A DNA stretch of 49,871 nt from Tubiluchus corallicola (Eukaryota > Animalia > Priapulida). Of this stretch, positions 1-14,600 are shown one piece after another. How positions within the stretch are numbered: the first letter of the stretch is position 1; each line of letters starts with the position of its first letter. The position numbers and the translations under genes are program-made. Location: assembly GCA_030141605.1 (NCBI GenBank), contig JAQGDQ010001278.1, forward strand, positions 1-49,871, written 5' to 3'. The notes beneath the pieces are model-generated. The model was not told the DNA's origin and searched no databases. It saw nothing but the letters and a program-made list of their open reading frames with translations.

Positions 1-239
1 CTAGACTCTCGTTACTTTTCTCTCATGAAAAAACTTTAAACAAATGTTAAGGCTGAAGCGTAGCAGCCGCAACTTAAACGTTCAGTATCTAAAATAGCCA
101 CTAAAAATAGTCATTTATTTGTGTAGGACTTAAGGATACAATCCCTGTATGTTCAAAATACGACTGCGTTAGGAGATGCTACTTGTGCCAAATGACATAA
201 ATTGAGAGAAAGGAAAGAACTGGTAAGAAACAAGGAGGC

Positions 240-274
240 AGAGAGAGAGGGGGAGAGAGAGGAGGAGACAGAGA

Positions 275-365
<91 letters not shown>

Positions 366-490
366 AGAGAGGGAAAAGAGAGAGAGACTGAGATGTGAGA
401 GAGAGAGAGAGAGAGAGGGTGGGGGGAGAAACAGAGAGAGAGAAAAGAGAGCGAGACTGAGACTGTGAGAGAGACAGAGAGAGAGATCAC
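240..490. repeat. (GA)n microsatellite
   Basis: Seen directly. Confidence 0.95.
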
Positions 491-1763
491 TGAGAGCGTG
501 AAAACATGGAAAAATGGAAGGGGACAGACTGACATGAAAGAAAGAAAAGAAGTGCAACAGAAAGCGAGAAGAGAGTAAAGGAAAAGGAAGAGAAAGGAAA
601 AGAGAAATCAGAGCGAAAGTTACAAAGAGACAAAGAGAAATATTAACAAGACATTTTCAGAAGATAAAAAGGACAGTGAGAGAGGGGACATATATATAAA
701 CCGATAACTAATTTTTTGGCTATCAAATCATAGTTTTTATTTATGCATTAAAAAGTGATTTAACTGGATAAAATTAAGAAAACACGCCTTCGCGCATTTC
801 AACTTAGCCTATTGAGTAGCTTAGCCTGGTGTACACTTGCATGATCGTACACATTAATTTATTGATCGCCTGCTTGTTACAACCCAATCTGTTCCGTTGC
901 CAATCCAAGAAACCCAACCAGTCTGCCAAGGAGAATTTAAGGTCATTTCATTTTAACAGGAATTTCTTCTTAAAAATAGTGAGCAGACTTGAGTCCTATG
1001 TGTATTGTAATGTATTGTATTGTACTTGTGCCACACTATTGTGTCTGGATACTTGAAATCTTCTGCATTAGCCTATTTCACACAAGTCATACTGTACATA
1101 GTCATTGTAAGTTACTGCAAGCTTTTTTTTCATATTTTGGTCAAAAATGGATTTTTAATTTTTAATTAATGCATTTCACATATAATTTTGCTTGAAAACC
1201 TATTGTGTGTGTCGTAAAAACCTACAAATTTTTTAACTAAAATGTAATAGCAAGTTAGTGAAAGTAGTTTTTCATGAACTTTTGTAAAATGCAGCAATCG
1301 CTTACGGTACTGAAGGAGTTAATAAGAAACAGGAGTTAATAAGAATAATCTGATTTTGCAGTTTGATTCAGTTCCCTGTTTGAAAGTTGATTTAAATTTC
1401 TGTTTGGCCAGCTTACTTTTCACTTCATTTAATTTGTTTTTTATTATGTTCATTTAATATTATTGTTATTATTTTGCATGTTTTTCTCATTTTGAGTTAT
1501 ACATGGACGATATGACAGCTTGAATTTTGATCATTTTTATATTCATTTGTACCACATTATTTGGCTTTTACTTACAATTGCTTTTTCTTCATCATTTTTA
1601 TCAGGTTCACATGACAGTGGGCTTATACAAGCCTTTGCTTCTCTAGCCCACTGCAGTACAATCATTATTTTATGATAACGATAGTGTATGAAACATAACA
1701 ATTTAATACAGTATGATGTAATAATTTTGATTTCACTGTGTGCTTTATATTGTACTGAATGTG

Positions 1764-1824
<61 letters not shown>

Positions 1825-1917
1825 TATAGAATCAAACACACTTTTTATAGATTAACTTCTTAACAACAATGAATGGCACATGATTTCTGGCTTTTTTAAA
1901 AAGTTTTTGAAACTCAC

Positions 1918-2067
1918 CAACGAACTCCACACAATCACGAGAAAAATGAACCTCTTTGGCATTTTTATGAACCGCTGGCCAAACGCAGTCCACTATATTC
2001 CGTTTCTGGTTCCGTTTAAGAACTTGCTTAATCCACTTGAGATTGCAGTCACAAATCAAAGTGTTAC
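1918..2067 (-). CDS. Gene C exon 2: LRRCT
   Basis: ctttcag|GTAAC...GTTG|gtgagt, 150 nt; GNTLICDCNLKWIKQVLKRNQKRNIVDCVWPAVHKNAKEVHFSRDCVEFV. Confidence 0.85.
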
Positions 2068-2256
2068 CTGAAAGTTACTACCTTTAGTGTTGAGTAAAAT
2101 TGTATATATATATATATAATGTTAAAATAACAATACCACCAATGCAACTGTATATATACGTGTATTCGGCAAAATCTTAGTTTAATGTTGACGTCATTTC
2201 CGACAACTACCACTAACTCTTCGGTCGTACCTAAAAATGTGTATATAGTTTCATTT

Positions 2257-2259
<3 letters not shown>

Positions 2260-2301
<42 letters not shown>

Positions 2302-2570
2302 TAATTAGTTATTTGTCTTTAAAATGGTTCACTCATTATAATAAAATTGAGTAAGCCTCAGCGTAATGTTAAAATAACAACACTGTTCAAGACAAATGCG
2401 TCCAGTGCAGACTAAAAAAACTAAAGTGCAAAACTAAGGCTTAATTATATAGAATAAATGAACATATTTACAAACACAACATTAAAATATTTTTACAAAA
2501 CAATATTACAAAAATAAATTAAATTTTACGTGACATATTTTACACTATATATACCTTTAACATGACACAA
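2260..2570 (-). mobile_element. Truncated 3' UTR fragment of the same LINE family
   Basis: 2330-2570 matches 11695-11920 and abuts a (TA)n run. Confidence 0.7.
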
Positions 2571-2635
2571 TTAACAGAAACATGCTTTAGATAATTATGC
2601 TTGGTTTTATAGTGGTAGTACGTATGTGAGCGAAG

Positions 2636-3304
2636 TGTGTAGCTGTTTATGGACGTTTGAGTAATGGCAAAGCTATAAGACTTTGGTTAGGAAATAACAC
2701 TTTTATTAAGTAACATCACAATATAATAAGTTAAATAGCAATGCCAAAAGTTACTGAAAGTTACTGTGCTGATTTAAACTTGTATTGCCCCCTCTTTTCT
2801 GTTATAAATTGGTTTCCTTTTACACAGGTCATGTGACCTGTACACTTACCTGTAGATTGGAGGAACTCAGGTATTCACACACTGCAGTTACAGATTGTTT
2901 AGCGTCATTCATTGATTCGTTGTTATAATTTCATAATTACACTTATAGAAGATCACCATGTAAGTTGATTTATTAATTTCTTAAATCTTGAACCTTTGTT
3001 TATTAAAAAGGCTAGAGATTAGATTTTATAATTTGCGTAAAAGTTTGTTAAAGTTAATTAGATCAATTTGGTTTGGATTTCGCCGTAAAATTGAACAAAA
3101 TTATAAAAATTATCTTACTTGTTTTCAGATTAAATGATACAAGTTACACAATTATTGTTGGAGATTTTTTATAAAAAGGTAGCACAATGTGTGTAGCTGT
3201 TTATGGACGTTTGAGTAATGGCAAAGCTATAAGACTTTGGTTAGGAAATAACACATTTATTAAGTAACATCACAATATAATAAGATGCATAGCAATGCCA
3301 AAAG
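2636..3304. repeat. About 115-bp direct repeat pair (2636-2750, 3190-3304)
   Basis: gtgtgtagctgtttatggacgtttgagtaatggcaaagc... present twice. Confidence 0.8.
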
Positions 3305-4158
3305 CCGCCTTATCTCTTTGACTTCCTCGGCCTGACTCCTCAGTCTGGAAGCCCTGTGGCGGGTGGCTTCGCAGCATCCTTGCCAGGCTGCGTGCGCAGT
3401 CTGACAAAATGGGCAATTCCTTATTTGGAAGTCTGACGAATGAGCAGTCACGTGACGCCGCAAACTAATTTCCTTATTTGGGTCTGACTCTATGAATACT
3501 GTTCGTAGCATAATTAGCTGACATTTAACATATTTTAATAGAGTCTCTTTACTTGTTGAAAGAAATACTGCACATGAAACTACGTGAGTGATTTGAAATA
3601 AACTTGTGAAAGTTATGTTTGAGGTTGTGGTTGAACACTTTGTTGCAAAAGAATAAACAATTATACTACATATCTGCACAAAACTGAAAACGTTTATTAG
3701 ACTACATACACATATGTACAATGACTGCTACACTGAACACTGAGAACAAGAGTGTCCTGCACTGAGAGTGAGACAGTGGCTAGAAGTAAAATCCAGCCAG
3801 CATATATAAGTAGAGTTAACTATGCAAACTTGGCTTTGCAAAAACCATTATAGTAAAACAGGGAAAGATCCAGTGAGTATGCATATTCACTGGACCGAAC
3901 AATTATACTAGGGGTGAGTTTAGCTAGTAAAAATGTAAAGGGATTAGTTAATAGATGGCAGCACCTAAAATATACAGTTACAACTTCCACAAAACTATTA
4001 AATTAGCTGCAGCACAGAATGTCGAAAGGCGTGTCACACTGATGTATTTTGTTTTGTTTTGTTTTGTGAGCATCTTTGGTATGTTGTGCATAAGAAATTT
4101 TTTTGCTATGCCTTTGATAGTCGTATATATTAATTCTACTGGTATGTATATTATATAT

Positions 4159-6650
4159 TGTAACGGACCCGGGTCCTTTTCAGGCGCCGATCCGTCTCCT
4201 CAGAATGTATCGAGCGGCATACAAGTTATGAAAGTACTACGGCAGACGAGAAAAGTAAAAAGATACGGAATGCGAGTGTAAATTTAACTTTATTGCACAA
4301 CCGGTAACTCCAAAAGAATGACATGTGAACAGACTTTTGTATAAAAATCAGCAAACCTACAGCAATCACCTTTACAGACAGAAAGGCCAGGTTGGATTCG
4401 TCAAATTACGGCATGCATTCTGTTTTATACAGGTACATTTGCATTACTGGGCTTCTCGACTATACCCATTACTAACATTATGGGGTTAGTCAAAACCCGT
4501 CTTCGTAACACTACCCCCTCCTCAATTTCCATTTGTCCACAAATGAGTTACAGCAAATGCAAATGCAATTAAATTTTACTCTAGTTGGGTTGCAAATGCA
4601 ATTAAATTTTTCAAAATTGTAAATAGCACTAGTACAAATATGTAAAAAGGCCAAATATGTCGTCCCGGCTTTAGCAAATCTATCCAGGTTTATGACAGCA
4701 TAAAACTGAAAACGGTGAGTTGATCCTTTTTCCTGTGGAAACAGATCAATGATCCACTTCTTGTGAGTGCAGTGTAGCGCCATCTAGCGAGACTGTCCCA
4801 AAAACAATACAGTCAGTCTTTAAACAGAAATCAGTCTTTGCACATCACGCTATCGGCAAAACAGGCCTTGAAACGAAAAAGCATTCTACTAGTTACTTCC
4901 GAGGCACTGAGACAACCTCTATGATGTGGTACATTGAACAGTCTATAGAAGTTCTCCTGGGGCGTCGGTAGGGATTCGAACCATCTGTCTGCCCGGTGAA
5001 ATAAAGTAGTTGCGATACTTGCGAAGGTGTAGGGTACTCCAGCCATGTGCTACAACGGTATTGTACTCCTAGCCATAAACCATGTCTTTCACGGTACTCC
5101 ATAATAGACTCGTGTCCGTCATAATAGACTCGTGTAGCAATCGAAGTTTCGAACTTGGCTTCCCTGAGTGAACGAAATAGGCATACTGACAAGCTTACTG
5201 CAACAGACTCGGCACATAAAGAGGAATAAAGACGAAACAAATTTACAAACAAGGTACTGCTGTACAACAACAACAGCAAAGTAGAGAAAAACGATTAATC
5301 TTTTAAACTGCTTCAACGTTCTGGCTTCGCAAAAGCTACCGAAAACCGGTTCAACTTTGACCACGAGCATCAAGTGTTCACAACTGCATAATCTTAGCTA
5401 ACTGAACACAACAGAGCCCTGTGTTGAAAAGCGTGTTCTGGCATCCTAGCCATTACGGAACACTAAACTACCATTTAAAAACAGTGTTCTGGCATCCTAG
5501 CCATTACGGAACACTAAACTACCATTTAAAAACAGTGTTCTGGCATCCTAGCCATTACGGAACACTAAACTACCATTTAAAAACAGTGTTCTGGCATCCT
5601 AGCTATTACGGAACACTAAACTACCATTTAAAAACAGTGTTCTGGCATCCTAGCCATTACGGAACACTAAACTACCATTTAAAAACAGTGTTCTGGCATC
5701 CTAGCTATTACGGAACACTAAACTACCATTTAAAAACAGTGTTCTGGCATCCTAGCCATTACGGAACACTAAACTACCATTTAAAAACAGTGTTCTGGCA
5801 TCCTAGCCATTACGGAACACTAAACTACCATTTAAAAACAGTGTTCTGGCAACCTAGCCATTACGGAACACTAAACTACCATTTAAAAACAGTGTTCTGG
5901 CATCCTAGCCATTACGGAACACTAAACTACCATTTAAAAACAGTGTTCTGGCATCCTAGCCATTACGGAACACTAAACTACGGTGACTCGCTATACATGC
6001 AAAGTCACAAAATGGCTGTACGTCTCCTAATCCTAAATACAGGATAATATCGCCTCATTGGGAACTCGATAAAAACATAGAACTGTTTAAGCTAAGGCCG
6101 ATGCTGCATGTCGCATAAAGGCCGTTCAATTGCCTTTCAACATAAAAGGTAAAAACACGAAACTGTCTACAAAAACACAAAAAACACGCCGAGTAGTACA
6201 GACAAGCTGTCTGCCTAAAGCAAAATGCAGCACTCACCAAACCCAATAATGTCGATCCATTCCAGGCGGCAATTTCGGATCCCACTTATGTGCACCAGTG
6301 TAACGGATCCGGGTCCTTTTCAGGCGCCGATCCGTCTCCTCAGAATGTATCGAGCGGCATACAAGTTATGAAAGTACTACGGCAGACGAGAAAAGTAAAA
6401 AGATACGGAATGCGAGTGTAAATTTAACTTTATTGCACAACCGGTAACTCCAAAAGAATGACATGTGAACAGACTTTTGTATAAAAATCAGCAAACCTAC
6501 AGCAATCACCTTTACAGACAGAAAGGCCAGGTTGGAATCGTCAAATTACGGCATGCATTCTGTTTTATACAGGTACATTTGCGTTACTGGGCTTCTCGAC
6601 TATACCCATTACTAACATTATGGGGTTAGTCAAAACCCGTCTTCGTAACA
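4159..6650 (-). mobile_element. Non-autonomous LTR retrotransposon (Gypsy-like 4-bp TSD)
   Basis: 352-bp LTRs 4159-4510 and 6299-6650 (TG...CA, 3 mismatches seen), ATAT TSD, PBS-like TGGTGCAC at about 6290-6297 and PPT GAGGAGGGGGTAG at 4511-4523 on the minus strand; no gag/pol motifs. Confidence 0.9.
5427..5981. repeat. 51-bp minisatellite, about 11 copies, inside the LTR element
   Basis: Unit aaaacagtgttctggcatcctagccattacggaacactaaactaccattta. Confidence 0.95.
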
Positions 6651-6703
6651 ATATTATATAAGATTCGACGCTACAGCTTCGAGGGCGGCACCATTAGCGG
6701 CGA

Positions 6704-7333
6704 TCTATACATCAAACGAAAGGTCTCGATCTAGTGTCGTGGCATTGGGGGTTTATTTTTCGAATTGCGCCCGCCAGTAGGGACGGGGGGGGGGGCGAAA
6801 AACCTCCCAAAATTGCCATTTTTCGGCCGTTTTTTTGCAAAACTTATTCCTCTTGTTTCTGAAGAACTGGAACGGGCTGGGGACGATGCTGGCTATGGAT
6901 AGATAGCCCGTTCAGCAGTGGGTGTAGCAGAATTTAGAATTCGCGAGAGGTCCTCGGTGTCCTGTAACGGACGTTTTCCAAGACAAACTCCCGATTTTTG
7001 CCTGGTGGGACTCTCGGAAGGAGATGTACAGCTCTTTAGAAAGAGGAGGAACAGGGCTATACGATAGTGTGAGCTATATTTTAGGACAGGTCCACCAAGA
7101 GAAGTATCGACGAGTTAATTAGATGTTAATTAGATTCACATGTTTGCTTGGAAAACTGCTGACGCAAAGCCATTGTTGTGACGTCATCCATTATTCTCTG
7201 TCTAGAACTTTAAATCAGTAAAAGCTGCTACTGGCTTTGTGTTAGGCAAATAAACGAACACTAGGTAGGATGTTCGGTGATTATTGATTGTAGGTGTATT
7301 GATACGCAAAATTTTTTGCGGGGCCTTTGCTAG
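6704..7333 (+). mobile_element. Possible non-autonomous Helitron
   Basis: GC-richer block ending in hairpin cgcaaaa-ttttgcg (7305-7320) followed by CTAG|T; 5' end (a|TC) uncertain. Confidence 0.35.
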
Positions 7334-7464
7334 TCTTTTTATTACTTTTCCTACTTTAGCATTAATTAAAGTTGCCTATAGTTTCAAGACCAATATGTAA
7401 CTTGAAATGTGTTAAAAATAAGCTACTGTCTAGAAGAACAATTTTTGTCAATAGATGCCATTTC

Positions 7465-7839
<375 letters not shown>

Positions 7840-8533
7840 TTCGCATTGTCACTTACATGCACTGACAAATAAACATAAATAATGCAATAATCGATAATAC
7901 AGTAATAATCGATGCCCTACAATAGGTTAATATATATGAACAATGACACAGAGAGCAATGTTAGTTATATGTCTATAATTTAATTCAGAGTGAAGCCTGG
8001 AATATCTACTTCCTGTTTAATGTTGACCAATAAGGATCATGAGCAACGTAATCCTGGGGGTGGGGTGGGGGGTGGGGGGTCGACATAGTTAATTTATAAC
8101 ATGGGTTACTAAGCAACCTACCAAAATTCGAATTTAAATCCTTGAACGCACATCAATGATTGTAAACTCTTTTTTGACGTCTTGCTACAAGCTAATGTGG
8201 TCTAAACTTTCTCGACTCTTTGTTAGACCACCAGATGGAGCATTGCAAAATCTGTTACTAGATCAGTCACTGTGCCTTTGCTGTGTGAATTCCTTCAATT
8301 TTATGCTAATTTATTTAATTTTCTGTTGTATCTTTGCGTTTTAAAGAAACGTGACTGAAGAAACTACTAGTTTTGTTTGTGTAGAAATGAAAGCTGCGAT
8401 CACGTGACGCACGTGGTATTCTAGGTAGTAATTTTTTTCGTTCTAAGGCCTATAGATCATTTTGTAACACCATGTGCTGCCGTTGTCGTTGCTGCTGCCT
8501 TATATTAGCTCAAAGACAACGTTATTTTAAAGG

Positions 8534-9144
8534 TACGACTCTACGTGTGCGTAATGCGTGATGCGTGATGCGTGATGCGTATACAACAGTTTATATTTAA
8601 GCACTTTAAGTGTTTGTGAAAGTCATGCTTGAAGTTGTTGATATGTTATGATTGAGTTTAGGCACAGAAGTATGAATAGGAATAAAAAATCTATAATACA
8701 TGTTTGCACTGCACACAACAGAAAAGTGTTTATTAAAACTACAGAAACATGAGTAGCATGACTGCTGCACTGAACACTGAGAGTGAGAGAGAGAGTGACT
8801 AGAAAGCAAAACCAGTCAGTACATATAGGTATAGGTGACCTATGCAGACTTGTGCAGGCTTCACAAAAACCATTAATTTAAAATAGGGAGAGAACCAGTG
8901 AATATACATTCACTGGACCATACAATTATACTGGGGGTAAGGCAGCTATTAGAATGTATCAGGATTAGCCCATAGATGGCAGCACCTAATTAAAATGTAC
9001 AATTCCAACTTCCATAGTATTTCCATGGGTACGTAATGCGCAATCCGTGATGCGTGATGAATGATATGCACTCGAAAGTGGTGGCTATCGTATAAATACG
9101 CATTACGCATTGCGGATCATGCATTATGCGCACGCAGAATCGTA
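8534..9144. mobile_element. TIR element (TGCGTGA-rich) with a nested insertion of about 420 bp
   Basis: Inverted ends tacgactctacgtgtgcgtaatgc / gcattatgcgcacgcagaatcgta; related shorter copy at about 16630-16860; the insert (about 8590-9010) recurs at about 3530-3990 and inverted at about 43130-43520. Confidence 0.6.
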
Positions 9145-9469
9145 GTTGTTTGTTTATGAAAATGAGCTGTAACTGACTCTTTCAGCCATAAATAATGTAA
9201 TAGCTGAGAATATGTCATTTCACGGTTTCAAGGTTCAAAAGGTTCAAAGGTTAAGTGCCTCAGGCCAAGCTATTGTAATAGCAACAGTTTTGTCAGGTAG
9301 CTACATTCTTTCCACGTTGATTTTTCTCGTTCCTATGCACGATCCTACTAGTGAATCATTCCACGTATTTACTAGTGCACGATTACGTAGAGCCAATCAA
9401 ACAACTGAAAACACCAAACAGACGGTTTTGCTTTACCCACATGTCACAAGGCAGTTGTAGTTAAGATCC

Positions 9470-9885
9470 ATCAGTGTTCATGCAATGCTTAAGGCAGCAC
9501 AACTGAAATGGGCTGACCATGTTCGACGTATGGAAGATCACAGACTGCGAGCTGAAAGAAGGGAAACGGTCAGTTGGAGGGCAACGGCAAAGATGCAAAG
9601 ACACCCTCAAAGCCAGCCTGAAAGAATGCAACATCAATGTCGACTCCTGGGAAGATGTGGCACAGGAGAGATCACGTTGGCGGTCCCTCATCAAATCGGG
9701 AGTGACCAACAAATAGGCAGGAGAAAAGACAGGCCTATCAAGGTACACCTTTCACATGTCCTCATTGCAGGAGGAGGTTCTCAGCAAGAATCGGGCTTAT
9801 AAGCCACCTCTGTACCCAACCTACGATGTCAGAATGAAGTCATGGTCCTCTTCGACTATGAAGGACGAACAACAACAACAACAAC
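9470..9885 (+). mobile_element. RTE-clade LINE 3' fragment, frameshifted
   Basis: QLKWADHVRRMEDHRL / GKRSVGGQRQRCKDTLKASLKECNI..WEDVAQERSRWR; (CAA)n tail. Confidence 0.85.
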
Positions 9886-9961
9886 GTTGCTGGGTTACTC
9901 TTGACCATTGTCCTGCAGCAACTGCTCATGCGCACAACGAACCTGCGAAATGACTTATTAA

Positions 9962-10410
9962 CCCTTTCATACCCATTGTATCCCGTGGGATACAAGAATA
10001 TTTCCTGCCTTTAAAATTATTAAACTTTTAAAACTGACAGTTATTTGATCTGTTAATAGTTATTTTGATTTAAGCCAGTAACAATGGACTAAAAATGGTG
10101 ATAAAATGGCAAACTAGAAAATCTACATAGCATAAAAAACTGCGCAAGGTACAGTACTTTAGATACTTTACAGATCAGTATAGCATGCATACTAAATGCC
10201 TTAAATACTTTAAAAAATTATCAGCAGTTGCAAAATGAAGCACATTTTATGCTTCCAATGAATCCCAATATATCCCATGGGATACAGGCTATATATCACA
10301 CGGGCGCAGGTAGAAAAAAATAATTATGTGTAAACAAGATGGACATATTGAACAAAAGTACCAAGCCAAAAAAATTTTTCTTATTAAAAAATAATTTGGG
10401 ACTGAAAGGG
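9962..10410. mobile_element. piggyBac-type MITE, copy 1
   Basis: TTAA|CCCTTTCA...TGAAAGGG|TTAA; highly similar to 28673-29098. Confidence 0.85.
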
Positions 10411-10427
10411 TTAAATTCTAAACGCAC

Positions 10428-11067
10428 CTTGCAGTGTTATCCACATCAATTCTCGTTTTCCATGTGAAAATCTTGGCTCCGGCATTTTCTCCAGCCTAAC
10501 GTTATTCAATACTGTCAGACGAACCATATATCTATGATTGGACAAATCCAACTCAAGTTCTGTCAAATTGGGATTATTAGAAATGTAGACATCTGTTAGT
10601 CGATCCGACAAGTAAACCGCTTCTTTGTGAATAGACTCAAGTTTTGCATTGTGACTGATTTTTATTTCATTCATGGTTCCCTGTATGGCATATCGTCCCA
10701 AAGATTCCAACGCAGTTCGCCTGATGGCTAACGCCCCAATTTTCATATCTTTTAAAAAATTATCGGGTAAGGTACTGTCACTGTAGTAGTCTATAAAAAG
10801 ATAGGCAATTTGTTTCGTTCTGCCATATTTTTTTAGTTCGGAAACTTTGTTTGCTAGGTCATCTTTCGTAGTATTGAGGCAGTAAATATCACAACTAAAA
10901 TCAGAGTATTTTGGGTCGTGTCTAGCTGTATGATTGCACCCTTTCATTCTTTCATTCACATTTATAATATAATGTTGACAAATCTCTCTAGTCTCGAATA
11001 CATCATCTGATGCATAACAAACATTAAAAACAAATGAGAAACAAAACAAAAACAAACAAATGTTCAT
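10428..11067 (-). CDS. Gene C exon 1: signal peptide, Cys cap and LRRs (diverged paralog)
   Basis: MNICLFLFCFSFVFNVCYA leader; IKISHNAKLESIHKEAV, LTDVYISNNPNLTEL, LEKMPEPRF align with A and B; donor CAAG|gtgcgt, phase 1. Confidence 0.85.
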
Positions 11068-11643
11068 ATTGTTTTACAAATAATCACTATTTCATAACAT
11101 AAGATATGTTATACCAAGAGTCACTTTTAACCGAACTATCTTTTCTGACACTTTAGAAATTTTTAAATTTTAAAAATAAACAAAAGACAATCTATGTGAG
11201 TAGAACGTCTTACTGGTGACGAGAGAATGTTGCCTTCTAACAATAATTTCTTTTTTAACTTTGAACAATGTGAACAATGCTTTGTACATTCTGTCAGTTG
11301 CTCGGAATTTGATTCCATATCCTGTGGTATTATCTGGTATCAGTTCATTTGTCACGGTGTAAAATTTCTATGAACTATGAACTATGAATTTATTTTTCAC
11401 ACATCAAAATACAATGTTGTACACATAAATAAACAATAAATAAGATGGTTTGAGTAGTGTGAGATGAGTGTACGTCCAAACGGTCATTAACACACTCACC
11501 TTACTTAAATGAAAATTAAAAAAATATTAAAGTTATGCGTGCTTTTGTAGATGACTTAATGAAAGTGATGTAATAAGGTAAATGATGTAATAATAGCAAG
11601 GAAACATAGGAAAACATAATATGTAATTACGATTTTGATATGA

Positions 11644-14600
11644 ATATATATATATATTATATATTAATTCTTTATTTGTCATAAAAACGGTTCCCTCATT
11701 ATAATAAAATTGAGTTAGCCTCAGCGTAATGTTAAAATAACAACACTGTTCAAGACAAATGCGTCCAGTGCATACTAAAAAAACTAAAGTGCAAACTATA
11801 TACAATATAATGAACATATTTACAAATACCATATTAAAATATTTTCACAAACAATTATAGGAAAGTACATTAAATTTTACATTACATAGTGCACACTATT
11901 TATACATTTAACATTACGAAACACGAAACTAACATAACACGTATTACATTACATAATTTTTTTTTAAAATTTCATTTTTAATCATTATATGGAGTCAGGG
12001 GCGGGGGTATATGAAAGTGGAGTCCGTGTAATTAGTATCAGGTGCACAATGTGGAAGTTGAAACCTGTTATATTGATATTCTTTTAATTTCTTTTTAAAG
12101 TGGTTTAGAGATTCTATTTGTTTTATTTCACTGGGTAGTAAGTTCCATAAATGTATGGCCTGTTTTGATATAGAGTTATTTCCAAATTTATTGTTTACTG
12201 TAATTTGCTTTAAATTGTGTTCTAGTGTTCAATGTGGTATCAGGAATAAATGCTAAGGGATTGTTTATAAATGGAATGCTCAGTTTATTTATATATTTAT
12301 AAAGAAATATCAGTGTTTTGTAATCTCGATAGGCTTCTAATATTGGTATTTTTGTGGACGTTCTTAAGCTTGTTGCAGAAGCAGCATGTTGTTTAGCAGT
12401 TTTGTTAGAGTAGCCAAGAATTAATCTAAGTGCGTAGTTTTGCATCGTATTTAGTTTTCTAAAGTTTTCATATTTAACGTTTTGAAATTAAGTGCAACCA
12501 TATAGATAATGTGGTAATATTAGACTTTTGTAGATGAGAATTTTTGTTTTCTTGGTTAGATGGCCTCTGGTTTGGCGTAAGAATGTCGTGCTTAATGCCA
12601 TCTTGTTGTGTATTTGATGAAACTGTTCATCCCAAGTGAGTTTATTGTCGACAGTAATGCCTAAAAATTTTACAGTTTTTGCTTGTTCTATGGAACAGTC
12701 ACCTACTTTTAGTGTTGCATTAGAAGTAATGTCATTGGATTTGGGTGATATTACCATAAATTCTGTCTTATCATCATACATTTTTAAACCAAAATAGTTA
12801 AATGCTGCATTTATATTTGTTATGTCTTTTTCTAGATTATTTTTTGATGTTAGAAAGTCTGCGTGTGCTGTATAGAGTGTTGTATCATCGGCATATTGTG
12901 TTAAGTCTGAATTATGTAAAACTAAATGAATTTTATTAACGTATAAACAAAAGAGTAATGGACCTAATATCGTACCTTGTGGGATGCCTCTCTGTGGTGT
13001 GTCCCATGTTGAAAAAGTGTGGTTGTTCAGCTTGACTCTTTGTGTTCGATTGTGTAGGTAATTATTAATTAGTTTGAGAGAAGTATAATCGAATCCTAGT
13101 TGGCGAAAGTTGTCTAGTAGTAAATTGTGATCGAGGCTGTCAAAAGCTTTACTTAGATCTAAAAATGCTGCTGTTATATATTTATTTTTATTTAAGTTGT
13201 AACGCCACTTTTCAGTGGCATCAATTATCGCGTCTATTGTAGAATGTAGTTTTCTAAAACCAAATTGATGATTTGACAGTAACTTATTATTTTCAATGTA
13301 ATGGTTTATTTGGTTGTAGATAACTCTTTCAAATACTTTGGCTAGTACGTGCACTACTGAGATTGGTCTGTAGTTTTTAGCATCATCTTTAGCATCTTTC
13401 TTGTGTATTGGAGTTATGTTTGCTTGTTTACACACTGCTGGAAATTCTGAGCGCATTAAGACTTGGTTTGTGATATATGTTAAATGAGGAGTAATGATGC
13501 TGGCACAGTCTTTTAAGATCTTTATTGGCATGTCTGAGGGTCCACTTCCTTTATTTATATTTAAACTGTTTAATATTCTAAAGATGTCGTATTCTGTGAC
13601 GCTAGTAAATGGGAAAGTGGATTGTATTACTGATTGGTTTTTGTATATATTGTGTATATTTGCATTATGTTGGTGTGGCAAGTTGTCAAATTTTCCGAGA
13701 TTGATAAATGTGGAATTTAATTTGTTAGCAATGTCAACTGGATCAGATATTATACTGTCATTTTCTCGTAAACTATTTATTTGTAATTGATCGTTTCTGT
13801 ATCTGTTAAGTACGTCATTAATTAAACGCCATTTTTGTTTAGGTGTAGTTGCATCATTGCATTTATTAATATAATATTTATTTTTGAGTTTCCTGTTGTA
13901 GCTATTAAATTTATTTCGTGCCTTTTTGTAATTATTGTAATTGATTTTACCTTTTAAATGTAAATATGTTCTATATAATTCATTTTTATTGTGTCTTAGT
14001 TTTGCGAGTTCTGTATCCGCCCAAGGGCAAGCAGATTTTGCATTAAATTGCTGCTGATGTATTTTAATTTTTTTATACGGTGCATAGATATCCAGGCAGT
14101 ATTCCATATTATTTATTAGTGTGTTTATTTGTATGTCAATGTCAGTCATTGTGTAAATATTACTCCAGTTCAATTTGGTTAAAGTATCTTGAAATATATC
14201 TTTATTATATGTAGAATAATCTCTGACTGTTTTCCAGACTGTGCCTGGATTGTTTTTGGTTGGTTTTGTTTTGTCTACTATTATTATAAAATCATGATCA
14301 GAATAATCACACGAGAAGTTTTCTTGTACTTGGAAATTGTCTTTAGCGTTTGAGATAAAGTGGTCTATGGTAGTAGATGATGTTTTAGTGATTCTTGTGA
14401 GTTTATTACTTGCGTTTAGTATTTGCGTGTTATATTGGTCCAAGACTTCTTTATACTTTTTGCACTGAGCAGTATTTGTTGCATTAATATCGATATTAAA
14501 ATCCCCCATTAATAAAACTGGTTGATTTTCAAGTACAGCACGTTCAAGTTCAATTTCAAAATGTTTTAGAAAAGTCTTATATTTTTGATTTGGTGGCTTA

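Noticed and set aside
153-557. Low-complexity ORFs (also 7362-7882, 18049-18642, 22978-23341, 32691-33184, 34332-34881)
   Set aside because: Translations of microsatellites.
5421-6047. 208-aa ORF of 17-aa repeats; also CRISPR-like appearance
   Set aside because: Head-to-tail minisatellite without unique spacers inside an LTR element; eukaryotic context and no cas genes.
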